A stretch of DNA of 49,814 bases from a bacterium (GTDB lineage: Bacteria; Hinthialibacterota; Hinthialibacteria; Hinthialibacterales; Hinthialibacteraceae): NCBI GenBank assembly GCA_963663405.2, contig CAXXSM010000044.1, forward strand, positions 1 to 49,814, in the 5' to 3' direction. A program made the translations under genes and the position numbers. The first letter of the stretch is position 1. Each line of letters begins with the position of its first letter. This document shows positions 18,517 through 29,407 of the stretch, piece by piece. The notes under the pieces are model-generated. The model did no database searches. It was given only the letters and a program-made list of their open reading frames with translations, and was not told the origin of the DNA.

Positions 18517-20188
18517 TCATCTCAATTCCCACGGGGCCCAATGATTCGGCAATTGCGCCCGCCGTCCAAATCTCAGGGGAGGACGTCCCAACTCGAATGC
18601 GCCAAGATCCGGCGCTTTGCCTGTATAATCATCATTGAAGTTAGGGATGTGGATTCCCGCGTCGATGACTGGATTTGGGGCGTCCACCACTGGATCGGTT
18701 AGGGTGACAGTCCGTCCGCCTATGTTGAATGGAACTTTTCCCCATTGGATTTTCGTTGTTGTGGACGCGGGATAAAATTCGAGCGCGTAGGAGTGGATAA
18801 ACGCCGGTTTCCCACGTTTCCCATGTCGCTCTTTCGCCGCGCCCCGGTCCATACCCGTGAAGAGATCATAATCAAAATCGCTTGGTGGATCGGTTTCCCG
18901 CGAAGATGTCAGACGGCCGGGGACAATCGAATATATTGTTTCGCGTTACAGTATTTGGATTGACATGTCCGCTGAACACATGAAAGGCGCCGTTGGGTTG
19001 AAGGGCCGTGTTGTGGAAGACAAATCGGCGGCCTCCCCGGTATTCGCCACGTTCACCGGTTTTGATCATGCTTCCACCGAGTGGATTACTATGTGTGTGG
19101 CGGCTTTTGCCGAATACATTACGAAAGATGTATAGTGGTCCTTTGGACGTACACGCGATGGCGATATGTTGAAACGTGTTTTCAATATAATTTCCCCAAA
19201 TACGCACATTCATATTCGCGCCTTCGCTTTCAATCGCATCGTCCCATACATTCGTGATAATATTTCCATATATGTCGGAATCGCGGTTGGGACTGCCTTC
19301 AAAACTGAAATTGGACGCGCCACCGATCGCGTCATTGAATCCGTGATCTTCGGTTGAGCGGATTTCGTTGTATCGGATTACATTTCCCCCGCTGGAATTG
19401 ACTAGCGAAATAGCCTGGGGGCCATCCGGATGTCCCGTATCCCAATCGTTGGACGCGCCACGGGGATTTTCCATCAAATTACGTTGTATTGTTAAATTCC
19501 CCGCCCCCCGCTGGGCGTAGACAGCGCTGTCCAAGTATCCCTCATTGCCAAAAGAGGCCGGGCCGCCGATACGTCCCCAGAATGTGATGCGACAGTCTTC
19601 AATGACAATATCATGCCGTTCGCTCGGAATGTAAATTCCATGCCGGGCCGCATTTCTAAGGTCCAATCCACGAACGATGACATAATTCGCGTCAATGACT
19701 ACATTGTATTCCTCCGCGTTTATCACGTTCACGATCGTCTTACCATCATCTGGAGGCGCGATCAGATGATAGCCATCTGGGCTTCCCGATTCACGAATGG
19801 TTACGGTCTCACTCAATACACCATTGTCTAAATAGGTGATTTTCCCTATGGGGAATTGATCACTTTTCGTTTTCGCTTTGAATGTGACTTGGTCAGAATC
19901 CGTGAAGAGTTGAATTTCATATTCCGTATCGGAAGATAATCCAACAAGGCTGCCCCGGTGTTCATTATCGCGTGGATCGAAGACCAGATCGAGGCCTTCC
20001 CGCCATTCCTGCGTACCCGTTTGCCGGTATTTTACATGCCAGGGTGTAGGCGAATCCGCTTTGTGGTAGATCCCAATACATTCGTATGTAGGAATCGTGT
20101 ACGTGTTGTCAGTGTTATCCTCCGAAAACGCGCTATTTGTCATTGGGATGATTGAAAATAAAATCGATATGAGAAGATACTTGCGCAT
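18517..20188 (-). CDS. Secreted FN3 plus right-handed beta-helix protein (pectin lyase-like fold); one apparent +1 frameshift at 18919-18922
   Basis: Signal peptide; beta-helix repeats (IVIEDCRI, NVIRYNEI, DDAIESEG, NVRIWGNYI); tail 'YTGKAPDLGAFELG'. Removing one C gives continuous DCPGRLTSSRE. Confidence 0.8.
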
Positions 20189-20213
20189 TATCGCCTCCTA
20201 TAGTTGTATGTAT

Positions 20214-23200
20214 TTAGTTTGTAATACTCAAAACAACTTTTTTATACGCTTTGATTTGGACCGGCCCCAATAAACCTGATGGAGGGAGGGATTTGAATCC
20301 AACGGGGCTATGCGCGCCTCGTGGAAGAGGGGGAACTGCGCTTCCGTAAATAGGTACCAAATTCTCTGGAATCGGTCTCGGTTTATCGTAATGCGAAACG
20401 CGGTTGATTAATGTGTTCGTCACCAATACTGTTAAGTTATTTTTTCCAGCGCACAAAGAATTTGTCACATCCAACGTCTGGCCACGCATCCATAGGGTTC
20501 CTATTTTGTTGTTATTGATCCACACGTCTCCTATGTTTCCTATTTGTCCAAGATCGAGTTCCCATTGATAGTAATCAGTCAAATATGGTGAAGGAATAGT
20601 AAATGTAGTATCGTATCGGGCTGTTCCACTGAATGGTCTGGTTTCAGGATCTAACGTCCAGGATTCTAAATGACGAATCGTCTTTTCAATCCGTGGGAAT
20701 CGATCTCCTTCGAATGTAAGTTTCCACGGGCCTTCAAGAATAAATGGAGCAGGCAGATCGTTTACAGTTACTGTTTTTCGTTTGTTCGGTTCCCTCATTC
20801 ATTATTGACACATAAAAAGTCCCGTTTCGATCCACCTTAGCTGCAAGCGTTTCTTCTGTCAGGTTCGTTACCTCTTGCAATTGACTTTGAGTGACATGAA
20901 TCTGTTTTTTTGATTTTTCGAATACCATAAATGTGGATTCATAGGGCGCGAGTGATAAAGGTATTTCAATGCCTTCGGATCGTTCGATGTATTGATAAAT
21001 TGGACAAATCTCACCTGTGTATGGATTCCATTCCTGTGGATAGCCGCTTTGAATCCGGAAAGTTATGGGCATATCGATAGATCGATTCTGAAGATTTGTG
21101 ACAAAATAAATATCCGCATGATCCAATTTTCGATGAATAAATGTCAATCCTTCGTTTCTTTGTATTCCTTCCTGGTTTGTGTCGATATAGAAATCCGGTT
21201 TGATATGTTTCCGGATTGAATTGAGGAAAGGATCGAGTGCGCTGGTTCGGCGATCGAGAGGATTTTGCCGGTCCATGACGTTTTTGATAAAATAAGTATT
21301 CCCATCTCCGTATTCTTTCGGTCCTGTTCCATCATCTCCTTGTGGTTCGCTGAACATTTCATGAACGATCGATTGGACGATACGATCGTTTTCTTGATAG
21401 CCGATATAGCCTGTCGATTGAATCGGGCAGACGTTCCAACGCGATCGCGGCGCCGCCTTTTTGAATGTAAGTTTGTATGAATTGCAGTGTTTTAAGAGGG
21501 ATCGCTTCAAGGTTAGGGAGAAGTATGATTTTTATACTTTAAATCCCGGATACGGATACAACCATCCTCAATCACAGCGAGGTTTTGCAATACGTCATCA
21601 TTAAGCAGATCGAAGTCATATCCATTTCGCCACGATCAATTCTCCCAGTTCCCTCCACTGGAAATCTCGCGTCCATCGGCGGGCGTTCAAACACATTTTT
21701 TGTCCATTGATTGGCCAAAGGAGAATAGATCGCGATGTCAGCGGTATACTCTCCCTGCCGCAATAGATAACAGCACCGGGCGATGTATGTAGAAAGGCAG
21801 GGATAGTATTTCCACCATACATTATCATGACTGATATGAATCGCAGCGCCCATGCTTCTCGTAGGAACGGCGTCCCGTTCGGGTGAACAGGTATAGCCGT
21901 GGTTGTAAAATTTATTCGCGCCGGTTTTCAAAAAGACATCGCTGGCGATTTTGAGTTCCTCCAACGTCGCGCGGAACGGCTGCCAATGGAGAAAGGTGTA
22001 CGCCTCTGTTGAAACGACATTTCGTCCATAAAGATGGGCGCCGGAAGCGACATACTTTTTAGGGCCGATTCGTGTGTCAAACCAGGGAACCGCGTCTTTT
22101 TCGCCGGCGGTGATCTCCATTTCGGGGATATGTGTGATTCCGGAGGCTTGGATGTTGTCTGTCGAGAATCCGTACGGCTGAATACGTCCTTGCACACCAT
22201 GCGCGGCGCACCAATCGAGAAACGTTTCAAAAAAACGCTTCCATTCCAATTTCATGAAGGAATTCATTGACATCGTGCCGGATTTTGGGCGTAATCTCTC
22301 CCATATCCCACCAGATCGCAGGTAGAAAGGGTGTAAGATCATATTCTTTCCTTTGACGAAATTCTTCAAGCAGGCCGTTTGTCCAATAAATTCCATTCGG
22401 CGCTAGAGCGACCTCAAAACTATCGCAGAACAGCGAATCGACTGTTTTTCCAAATTCATCCCCAAATGCTTTGTAGAAAATATTCCCCAATGTATCACAA
22501 TACCGGCGCATGGCGGACCGGTTGAAATGATCGACCGTGTCCCCTTGCCCCGTATATTTCACCCAAAACGCCATGACGCGCCATTGCCCATCAGGCACAT
22601 TCCATGAAAGAACGCGATTTTTGACGTTTGATGTAAGAACGATCGTCGAAGTTTCATCCAAACGGCCATGAATAAGACGGCAGGCCACTACAGCAGTGAG
22701 CTGGTCCTCGCTGGTGATTTCCTTAATTGGTAATTCCCATGAGTGTTCTGGAGAGCGTAACTGAATAGGTAAATTCGCGGAAAAAATAGTGGGGCCTTCC
22801 AGATCGATGAATGTAGGAACAAGGCATTTGCTGCGATCTTCGAGGGGAACCCAGGCGCCGCCGATCACCCATCCAGGACCACCAAAATTGAGAGAGACAT
22901 CCATTCCAAGCCTCTTGGCGGTTTTGACGGTGTGTTTGAGCAAACCTATAAACTCGCTAGATAGGTAAGGAACATTGCCCTTTTCATAGACAGAGCCCAT
23001 CGTGATCTGTTCAACACCACCGATTCCTTTGTCAAACATCTCTCCCAGCTGCCATGTGATCTCATCTTTTGTCACAGCGTTCCCCATCCACCACCACCGG
23101 GTATGCGGCCAGCAATCAATAGGCGGTTGAACGAACTGACTTTGTATTTCATGAAGGGATAACGATTCTGTGGATTGCGCAACGGTAGATCCATCACAAA

Positions 23201-23270
23201 AAAACAAAAGAAGAAGAAACAACAATGGCGCATGTTTTTTCCAAACGTTGACTGATAGCCGCGTATCCAT
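20214..23270 (-). CDS. GH106 alpha-L-rhamnosidase-like glycoside hydrolase, broken by five apparent +1 frameshifts
   Basis: PHTRWWWMGN, GIGGVE, FCDSFE, YVASGAHLYG, LLRQG, LDLGQI and PSGLLGPV motifs. Single extra bases near 22230, 21690, 21626, 21418 and 20776 restore one ORF. Confidence 0.88.
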
Positions 23271-23404
23271 CTACTCGTATCCTTTTATGGATGAGATCGT
23301 ATATGTCATATATAAATCGGAGCGTATTGATTGTATCATAGAAGGAATTTTTAAAATACGTCTAGACATTACGTATATTCAATTACAGTCAATGGAGAGC
23401 CAAT

Positions 23405-25842
23405 ATGAGAAAGGGAAATTTGTTTTTAGTCTGTATTCTATCGGCGGTCATACCCGTTTGCGGATCGGCCACGCCTGTTGAGTGGTCGATCGTTACACCA
23501 GAATCGTATTTAGAAGACGCAGCGATACAGCTGGCTGTAGAGGATTTGAATACGGCCGGAAAACCACTTGATATATCTTTTATACTCGTGAATGACGCTT
23601 CACCCTTAAGCGCGCATACCATCTTAGTTGGTTCTCCCACGACAAACCGTCTCACTGCAAAACTCATAGAGCATGAAGAAATTCATTTGAATACTATCGG
23701 GCACGAACAGGGATATGAGATTCAAACAATTCACACTGGTCAGCGCAAGATCATTGTGATTGCGGGTGGATCGCTAATGGGGGACATTTACGGCCTTTAT
23801 TGGTTATGGGACCGGCTGCGGGTTTACAAAGAGATTCCCGATATCAATACCCACCGGGAACCGGCGCTTTCGATCCGGTTAACCGGTGGAGAAAGCCGGG
23901 AGGAAATCCAGAGCGCGCTCCACTACAGCGCCACATGGGTTTCTGGAAGGCATATCCTGAATATGGTTCCTTGGGACGTGGAACCGGAGAAATCGGATAA
24001 TGAAACGTACCGGAAAGAAACAAGGAAACTGGTTCAGTACGCGCATAGCCTTCATCTGAAATACCTGCCTTATTGCGACGAAATGACATTTCACCCATCT
24101 CTCCTGCGGGAGACCGGCGCGGAATTGAATCCATCCGATCCCCGTCTTTGGAACGCATTGGAGACGAAATACCGGCGGCTCTTTCAAGCCATGCCGGAAC
24201 TGGATGGCGTCCGCATCCGCACGGGGGAACTAACACGCGTGTTCGGTAATTATGTGGCGTACGATGTGATGCACGATCGAAAAGACAGTGGATGGAGCTT
24301 GGAAAAAACGTACAGAACTTTTGTCCAGACACTACACAATATTGTGGTCAAGGAATTTGATAAAATTTACTTTCACCGGACATGGGTGACAAACACCACC
24401 GAACAACATTCCCAACCGGATGTCTATGCGAATATATTTACAGACGATGTTCCCAAAAAGAACTTATACCTATCTCCTTACCTAAGCAAAGCCGATCGGT
24501 GGTTCTATCAACCGTACAATCCGACATTTAACCAGACACCGCACAACATGGTGGTTCTGCTTTCCACGTTGGATTATCACACCGCAGGCGGCGTTAATGT
24601 CTTTCCCACGTTCCCCGGTCCCTACTATCAAGGCGGGCTGCGTAAAATAGTAAGCCCTCCCGGCTCTAACGTGAAAGGCGCTCATTTTACCGCCCCGGCG
24701 CAGCTTGGATGGGACACCGCCAATGTCACCGCGTACACAGCCTTCCGCCTCGCGTGGAATCCCCAGGAAGATTTACAAACCATCGCTGAAGATTTCGCTT
24801 CCATATACTTTGGAAGACAGGCGGCGCCGGCGATGGCGACGTTGTATTTATTATCTTCACAAGCGTATAAAGACGGGCTTTATATCAAGCCCGTTGCCGA
24901 AGCGGAGGATTGGAACACACTTCCTCAATTGCGATTGACCACGTTCCCCGTTAAAGGATTTCCGGAAATTGACAAAGGCAGAACTCATATTGATTGGTTG
25001 CGTTCGTCGATCTATAAAACTTGCGTTGGACGGATGGACGAAACACTGTCCGCGCTGGATCGAGGATTGGAAATCGCGCAAAGAATGAAAACTATCTACC
25101 GTGACGCGTCTCCATTCATAGAGGATCAGAAATTAAACCAGCAAATCGCAAACGCGGTGGAATTGACCTATTTATTGGTTCGTACCAATAATCTATATGT
25201 AAAAACCTGTTTCGCGTATTTTGATTATAGAGAGAATCCAACGCAGGAAAATAAAGACTACTTAACCGCGCTGTCTTTATCATTACAAGATGTCATGAGA
25301 CAATTTGCGGCCACGTCAGGTTGTGTATACAAATTTTTAGGAATTACACAATTGATAACCGCCGTGAACGCTGCCTTAACCGATGTAAAAAAAGCGGAAC
25401 TTACATTGGCCAACGCAATCGCTCCGGAAAATGTGGAAAGAGAAGTTCAAAAACTACAGGCTAAACACAAAAATGTTTTGGGAGCGCACACGAGTGAAGC
25501 GATTCCATTTCTTCATTGGGAAGGATTTGTCGATGGGAAAGATATCCTGTATGTCCAGGGAGACCAGATTCACGTCGAACATATCGGTCACGATCCCATT
25601 CAACATATCCAGTATTCTTTCAAGCGCGGACTCCCACAAAAAAAAAGTAACGGTTCTGTTGAAGGATCTTGAATCGAGAGCCCCATTCACCCCCTTTGTT
25701 CTCGAACAGCCTTCAGAAGCGAATGGATATACCGTCAAGGTCTGTCTCTTTGATGCGCCGAATGGATCGGGATGGATGAAGTTTGATTTATATTTTCTTC
25801 CCCATCCTCCGGAAGAGTATGGGTTGGGCCCCGCCTTGGTGA
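23405..25842 (+). CDS. Secreted glycoside hydrolase-like protein (GH20/GH67-type N-terminal domain, TIM barrel, C-terminal beta domain); apparent +1 frameshift in A9 run at 25638-25646; 3' end uncertain (25842 or 25889)
   Basis: QGYEIQT..IVIAGGSLMGDIYGLYWL N-domain pattern; LFQAMPELDGVRIRTGE; the reading continues in the 25431-25889 frame as KKVTVLLKD...EQPSEANGY. Confidence 0.65.
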
Positions 25843-25853
25843 AAAGTGTTTGT

Positions 25854-26506
25854 TTAATAACTGATCCGGCCGGTGGCCTTTCGATTTGAAATCAATGTCG
25901 CTGAAAACGTTGGAAACGAAAATATCTCCCCGTGAGGTCAGCCCGTTCGACGGATTGTATTGCAATCCATCCGGATTGCCGCCTGGACTGAAGAAAAAGC
26001 CCCAATCACCAGCCAGTTTATCCGGTCCGAGCAGCGAAAAAGTGTAACTTTCCGCCTGCTTAGCCTGACCGGAATACCGTGTATTGTATGTGATAGCGCA
26101 ACGGGCGCCCGAATGTGTCCTGCATCTGCGTTGATGACATATACGCGATTGGTGTCGTAAAGATGCGAAGCTGGCTGAAACTCATAAACTGAGGCGCGAA
26201 GGAGAATTCAGGGACGCCCTTGATATCCGAGGGGCGCGCCGTTGGTTTCCGAGCCGCATCCCAATCCGCCAAGATAGACACCGGAACCGGATCGTCACAA
26301 TCGATCGGGCGTTGGCTATTGTTATCGATCATATACATCATGACCACATTTTCCATCGTTCGAATATCGGCTTTCCCCCGCGCGACACGGGCGCGGACTT
26401 GGGCGTTCAAGAAATTAGGGACCGCGATCGCCGCTAAAATTCCAATGATGGCGACGACAATGAGAAGCTCAATCAAAGTAAAACCATCTTTCTTTTTTTG
26501 AATCAT
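25854..26506 (-). CDS. Prepilin-type N-terminal cleavage/methylation domain protein (pseudopilin-like); apparent frameshift near 26105; 3' end uncertain
   Basis: GGAGG RBS; KKKDG|FTLIELLIVVAIIGILAAIAVPNF class III signal; the +1 frame continues ...LLGPDKLAG...YNPSNGLTSRGDI. Confidence 0.85.
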
Positions 26507-26714
26507 AGGTAATATTTCCTCCAAGATCGCCGGCCTTTTCATGGCCGGCTGCTTCACAAGAATAAGGATCCAAACCATTCTCGCTTTTGAATCCGATAGA
26601 TGAATTGAAGTTAGCGCCACCTTGTAATCTAGCCTAGGGGAACCGCGATATTTTACCACCCACGGAGAACCGGCGCCGTAAATCATTCCGGAAAGGGAAC
26701 GGGGAAACGGTGTG

Positions 26715-28229
26715 TTATTGTATGAGGATGGACATGCCCATCTGAGGCCAGACAAACCAGACAAACACGGCCAATACGGCCATTAAGATTAGACTGGCGG
26801 GGATTCCCGCCAGGAAAAACTCACCCGATTTAAACTGTTTGCTCTCGTAAGCGATCGCGTTCGGCGCCGCCCCTACAAGGAATAAAAACGGCATTCCCGC
26901 CGTCGCCAAGCAGGCGAACAAAACCACTTCAGGAGCGACATGCAAATAATCAGCAATGACCATGGCGACCGGGATGGTGATAGCGATGGCCGCCACGTTC
27001 ATGATTAAGTTCGTCATAATCAGAACGAAAAACGCAATCCCCAATACGAAAATAAACCAATGCGCGTTTTGGAACATCGCCAACCAATGAACGGCCAGCC
27101 ATTTGGCCGCGCCGGTTCCATCCAAACAGAAACCAATGCTCATCGCGCCGCCGAAGAGCAGAATGATATTCCAAGGAATCTGTTCGAGGTCTTCCACTGA
27201 TAAAATGTTGCATAGAAAAAAGAGAATGGTGGAAGTGAGAATAATGGCGCTTTTATTGATCGGTTGGAGAACAGGGAAGAGGGAGCGCAGGCTTAATACC
27301 GCCACCGTGGTAAGCACAATCGCCAATGCGAGTAATTCCGAGCGGGAGATGGATCCCAAGCTAGTATTTAATGCCCGCGCCCGTTCGCGCAGTCCTGGTA
27401 TGGTTTTTCGTTCGGGCCGATAAAAAATCATAAAGAAGACCCAGAGGAGTAACACCATAACCCATCCCACAGGAAACATATAATACGTCAGTTCAAAAAA
27501 GGAGATCTCCCGTCCAGTCACTTCCTTGAAAAAACCGATGGCTACCGCGCCCCGCGCGGCGCCGAGCAGCGTGACAATACTCCCGGCTCCAGCGGTAAAC
27601 GCCATCCCGATAAACAATCCTTTCCCAAACCGGGTCGGGTGATCGTCTTCTTTGTACAAGGCGTAGATCGCCATAAGGAGGGGAAAGATCGTCGCTGCGA
27701 CGGCAGTGTGAGCCATGATTAGTGTCAGTGTGGCGGTCAGGACAAAACAGCCCAAATAGATCATACTCGTCCGTTCCCCAACCAAGGTAAGCATTTTGTA
27801 CGCCATGCGTTTAGTTAAGCCGGTTTTGGTAAAAACCAAACCAATCACAATCGAAGCGAAGATGAACATGACTGATGGATCCATGAAATCGTTGAACGCC
27901 GTTTTCGCGTCTCGAATATTGAACAGCGCCTGCATCACACCGATCATAATACTGGTCACGCCAATGGGAATCACTTCGAAAACCCACCAAGTCGCCGTCA
28001 TGAGAAACAACGCCAGCGCGCCCCGGCCTTCGCGGGTGAGTTCAAACCGGTTGCCTTCCGGATCGATGGCGTCAGGCCATGCGCCGGAAAAATAGACGAA
28101 TATGAATAAGAAAATCCCTGCGAAGATAAAGAATAAGCGTCTCCAATCAACACGACCGGCTTTGCTGCTTATATACGTACGAGAGGAGGAAGAACCTGGT
28201 GTGGATGGCGTTTTCGTCATGGGTATCAA
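26715..28229 (-). CDS. SLC13/DASS family anion (di-/tricarboxylate or sulfate) permease
   Basis: Many TM helices; WWVFEVIPIGVT, IPWNIILLFGG, MTNLIMNVAA and GAAPNAIAY motifs. Confidence 0.92.
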   Translation of the reverse strand: MIPMTKTPSTPGSSSSRTYISSKAGRVDWRRLFFIFAGIFLFIFVYFSGAWPDAIDPEGNRFELTREGRGALALFLMTATWWVFEVIPIGVTSIMIGVMQALFNIRDAKTAFNDFMDPSVMFIFASIVIGLVFTKTGLTKRMAYKMLTLVGERTSMIYLGCFVLTATLTLIMAHTAVAATIFPLLMAIYALYKEDDHPTRFGKGLFIGMAFTAGAGSIVTLLGAARGAVAIGFFKEVTGREISFFELTYYMFPVGWVMVLLLWVFFMIFYRPERKTIPGLRERARALNTSLGSISRSELLALAIVLTTVAVLSLRSLFPVLQPINKSAIILTSTILFFLCNILSVEDLEQIPWNIILLFGGAMSIGFCLDGTGAAKWLAVHWLAMFQNAHWFIFVLGIAFFVLIMTNLIMNVAAIAITIPVAMVIADYLHVAPEVVLFACLATAGMPFLFLVGAAPNAIAYESKQFKSGEFFLAGIPASLILMAVLAVFVWFVWPQMGMSILIQ

Positions 28230-28362
28230 TCTCTCCTAAATCCCTCGTGAAGAACCTGTTTTCCCCTTATTCGATTCTTTCAAGGTCAATCTGCAAATTC
28301 TCCATTCTGACTACATCCATGCCTTGAAAGAATTTGCAGTCACTACATTCAAATTTATTTGG

Positions 28363-28899
28363 CTAGGATTTGTTTTTCAATAAGACCTGGGCGATTTCAC
28401 GGTAGACTTCGACTGATCTCACTACGCCCGCGACGACATTATCTTTAATAACCGGCAGCAAACTGCGGTTCTGGTTAACCATGAGATAAATAATCTTCAT
28501 GATATGGTCTTCATAATCCACGGTAACTTCCGCGGGAATCATGACTTCGCTGACGAGGATCTCCGCCCGTTGCTGAAAACCTTGGATCATTTTTTCATAG
28601 GAAAATTCGGTTAGATTCGGGTCGATTTGCACGTCAAACAGTTTCTTGCTATGCCGGAACGGCGTCCCCGACAAAAATTCCGGTTCAAGTCCACGGAGAA
28701 TATCCCGGCGGCGGACGATCCCACTCAAACTGGAATCCAGATCAAAGACCAACACGACGCGGGGGAGAGATTTCCGGCCCTGTACATCGATCTGGTGTTT
28801 CTCCATTTCTTCCATCGCTTGAAGCAGGGTATACCAACACGGGATGTGCGGGTAGTCTTTCAGTGGGATCATTAGGTCTTTCGCCCGTTTGGTTTCCAT
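28363..28899 (-). CDS. CBS domain pair protein
   Basis: AKDLMIP..., GIVRRRDIL, VSEVMIP, LPVIKDNVVAGVVR. Confidence 0.88.
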   Translation of the reverse strand: METKRAKDLMIPLKDYPHIPCWYTLLQAMEEMEKHQIDVQGRKSLPRVVLVFDLDSSLSGIVRRRDILRGLEPEFLSGTPFRHSKKLFDVQIDPNLTEFSYEKMIQGFQQRAEILVSEVMIPAEVTVDYEDHIMKIIYLMVNQNRSLLPVIKDNVVAGVVRSVEVYREIAQVLLKNKS

Positions 28900-28930
28900 T
28901 ACTTTCGATCCTCCAAAAGGACTGGATTCA

Positions 28931-29362
28931 TTACCAGCCCTTTGTTCCCAGGATGGCTTTAATGTTTTCTTCCGCTTCTTTTTCCATCAGAATCGCCCTA
29001 TGAGTTTTGGCTTCTTTAATCTTTTCCATCAAGTCATTGATATCCGCTGGTTTTTCCAGAAAATCCGCCGCGCCCTGTTTCATGGCTTCGATTCCGCTTT
29101 GGAGATCTCCCTGGCCGGTGAGAAGAACAACTTCTAGATCAGGCCGTTCTCTATGCAGCCTCTTCAATGTTTCTATCCCATCCATTTCCGGCATACGCAG
29201 ATCTAGAAAAATGATATCATAATTCTCTGACCCGGCTTTATCCAGCGCTTCGATTCCATTGGACGCGCTGTCGACTTCCAAGCCCCGCGCTTCCAATCGT
29301 TGGGACAGGACACGAACGAAATCGGTTTCGTCATCGACTAATAAAACTTTACTCTGAGTCAT
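28931..29362 (-). CDS. Single-domain response regulator
   Basis: VLLVDDE, DIIFLDLRMPEMDG, LLTG, FLEKP; no output domain. Confidence 0.95.
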   Translation of the reverse strand: MTQSKVLLVDDETDFVRVLSQRLEARGLEVDSASNGIEALDKAGSENYDIIFLDLRMPEMDGIETLKRLHRERPDLEVVLLTGQGDLQSGIEAMKQGAADFLEKPADINDLMEKIKEAKTHRAILMEKEAEENIKAILGTKGW

Positions 29363-29407
29363 GATCGACCTCCATGAATCGTAAGTTACTCATTACGCTA
29401 TTTGAAC

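Noticed and set aside
18517-18550. Beta-helix protein ending HWAPWELR, and GH127 ending IHEWRVR, as further W-x-L tail carriers
   Set aside because: Neither has the terminal aromatic/His or the [STV]-x-[VAT] lead-in. The GH127 end is the last strand of its F5/8-like domain. WELR remains ambiguous and was not counted.
20214-23270. Programmed frameshifting or phase variation in GH106 and other split genes
   Set aside because: Most runs are only 2-5 nt, there are five shifts in one gene, all are +1, and housekeeping genes are affected equally. Sequencing error is more parsimonious.
26060-26764. 234-aa ORF as called in the ORF track
   Set aside because: The true start is the ATG at 26506 (GGAGG RBS, prepilin signal). 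The upstream 86 codons are intergenic or overlap SLC13, and the called end results from a frameshift.
28291-28339. CTGCAAATTCT...AGAATTTGCAG inverted repeat between the CBS and SLC13 genes as an operator or riboswitch
   Set aside because: It is a single 11-bp IR with a long loop, no U-tract, no second copy and no recognisable riboswitch core. Too little support.
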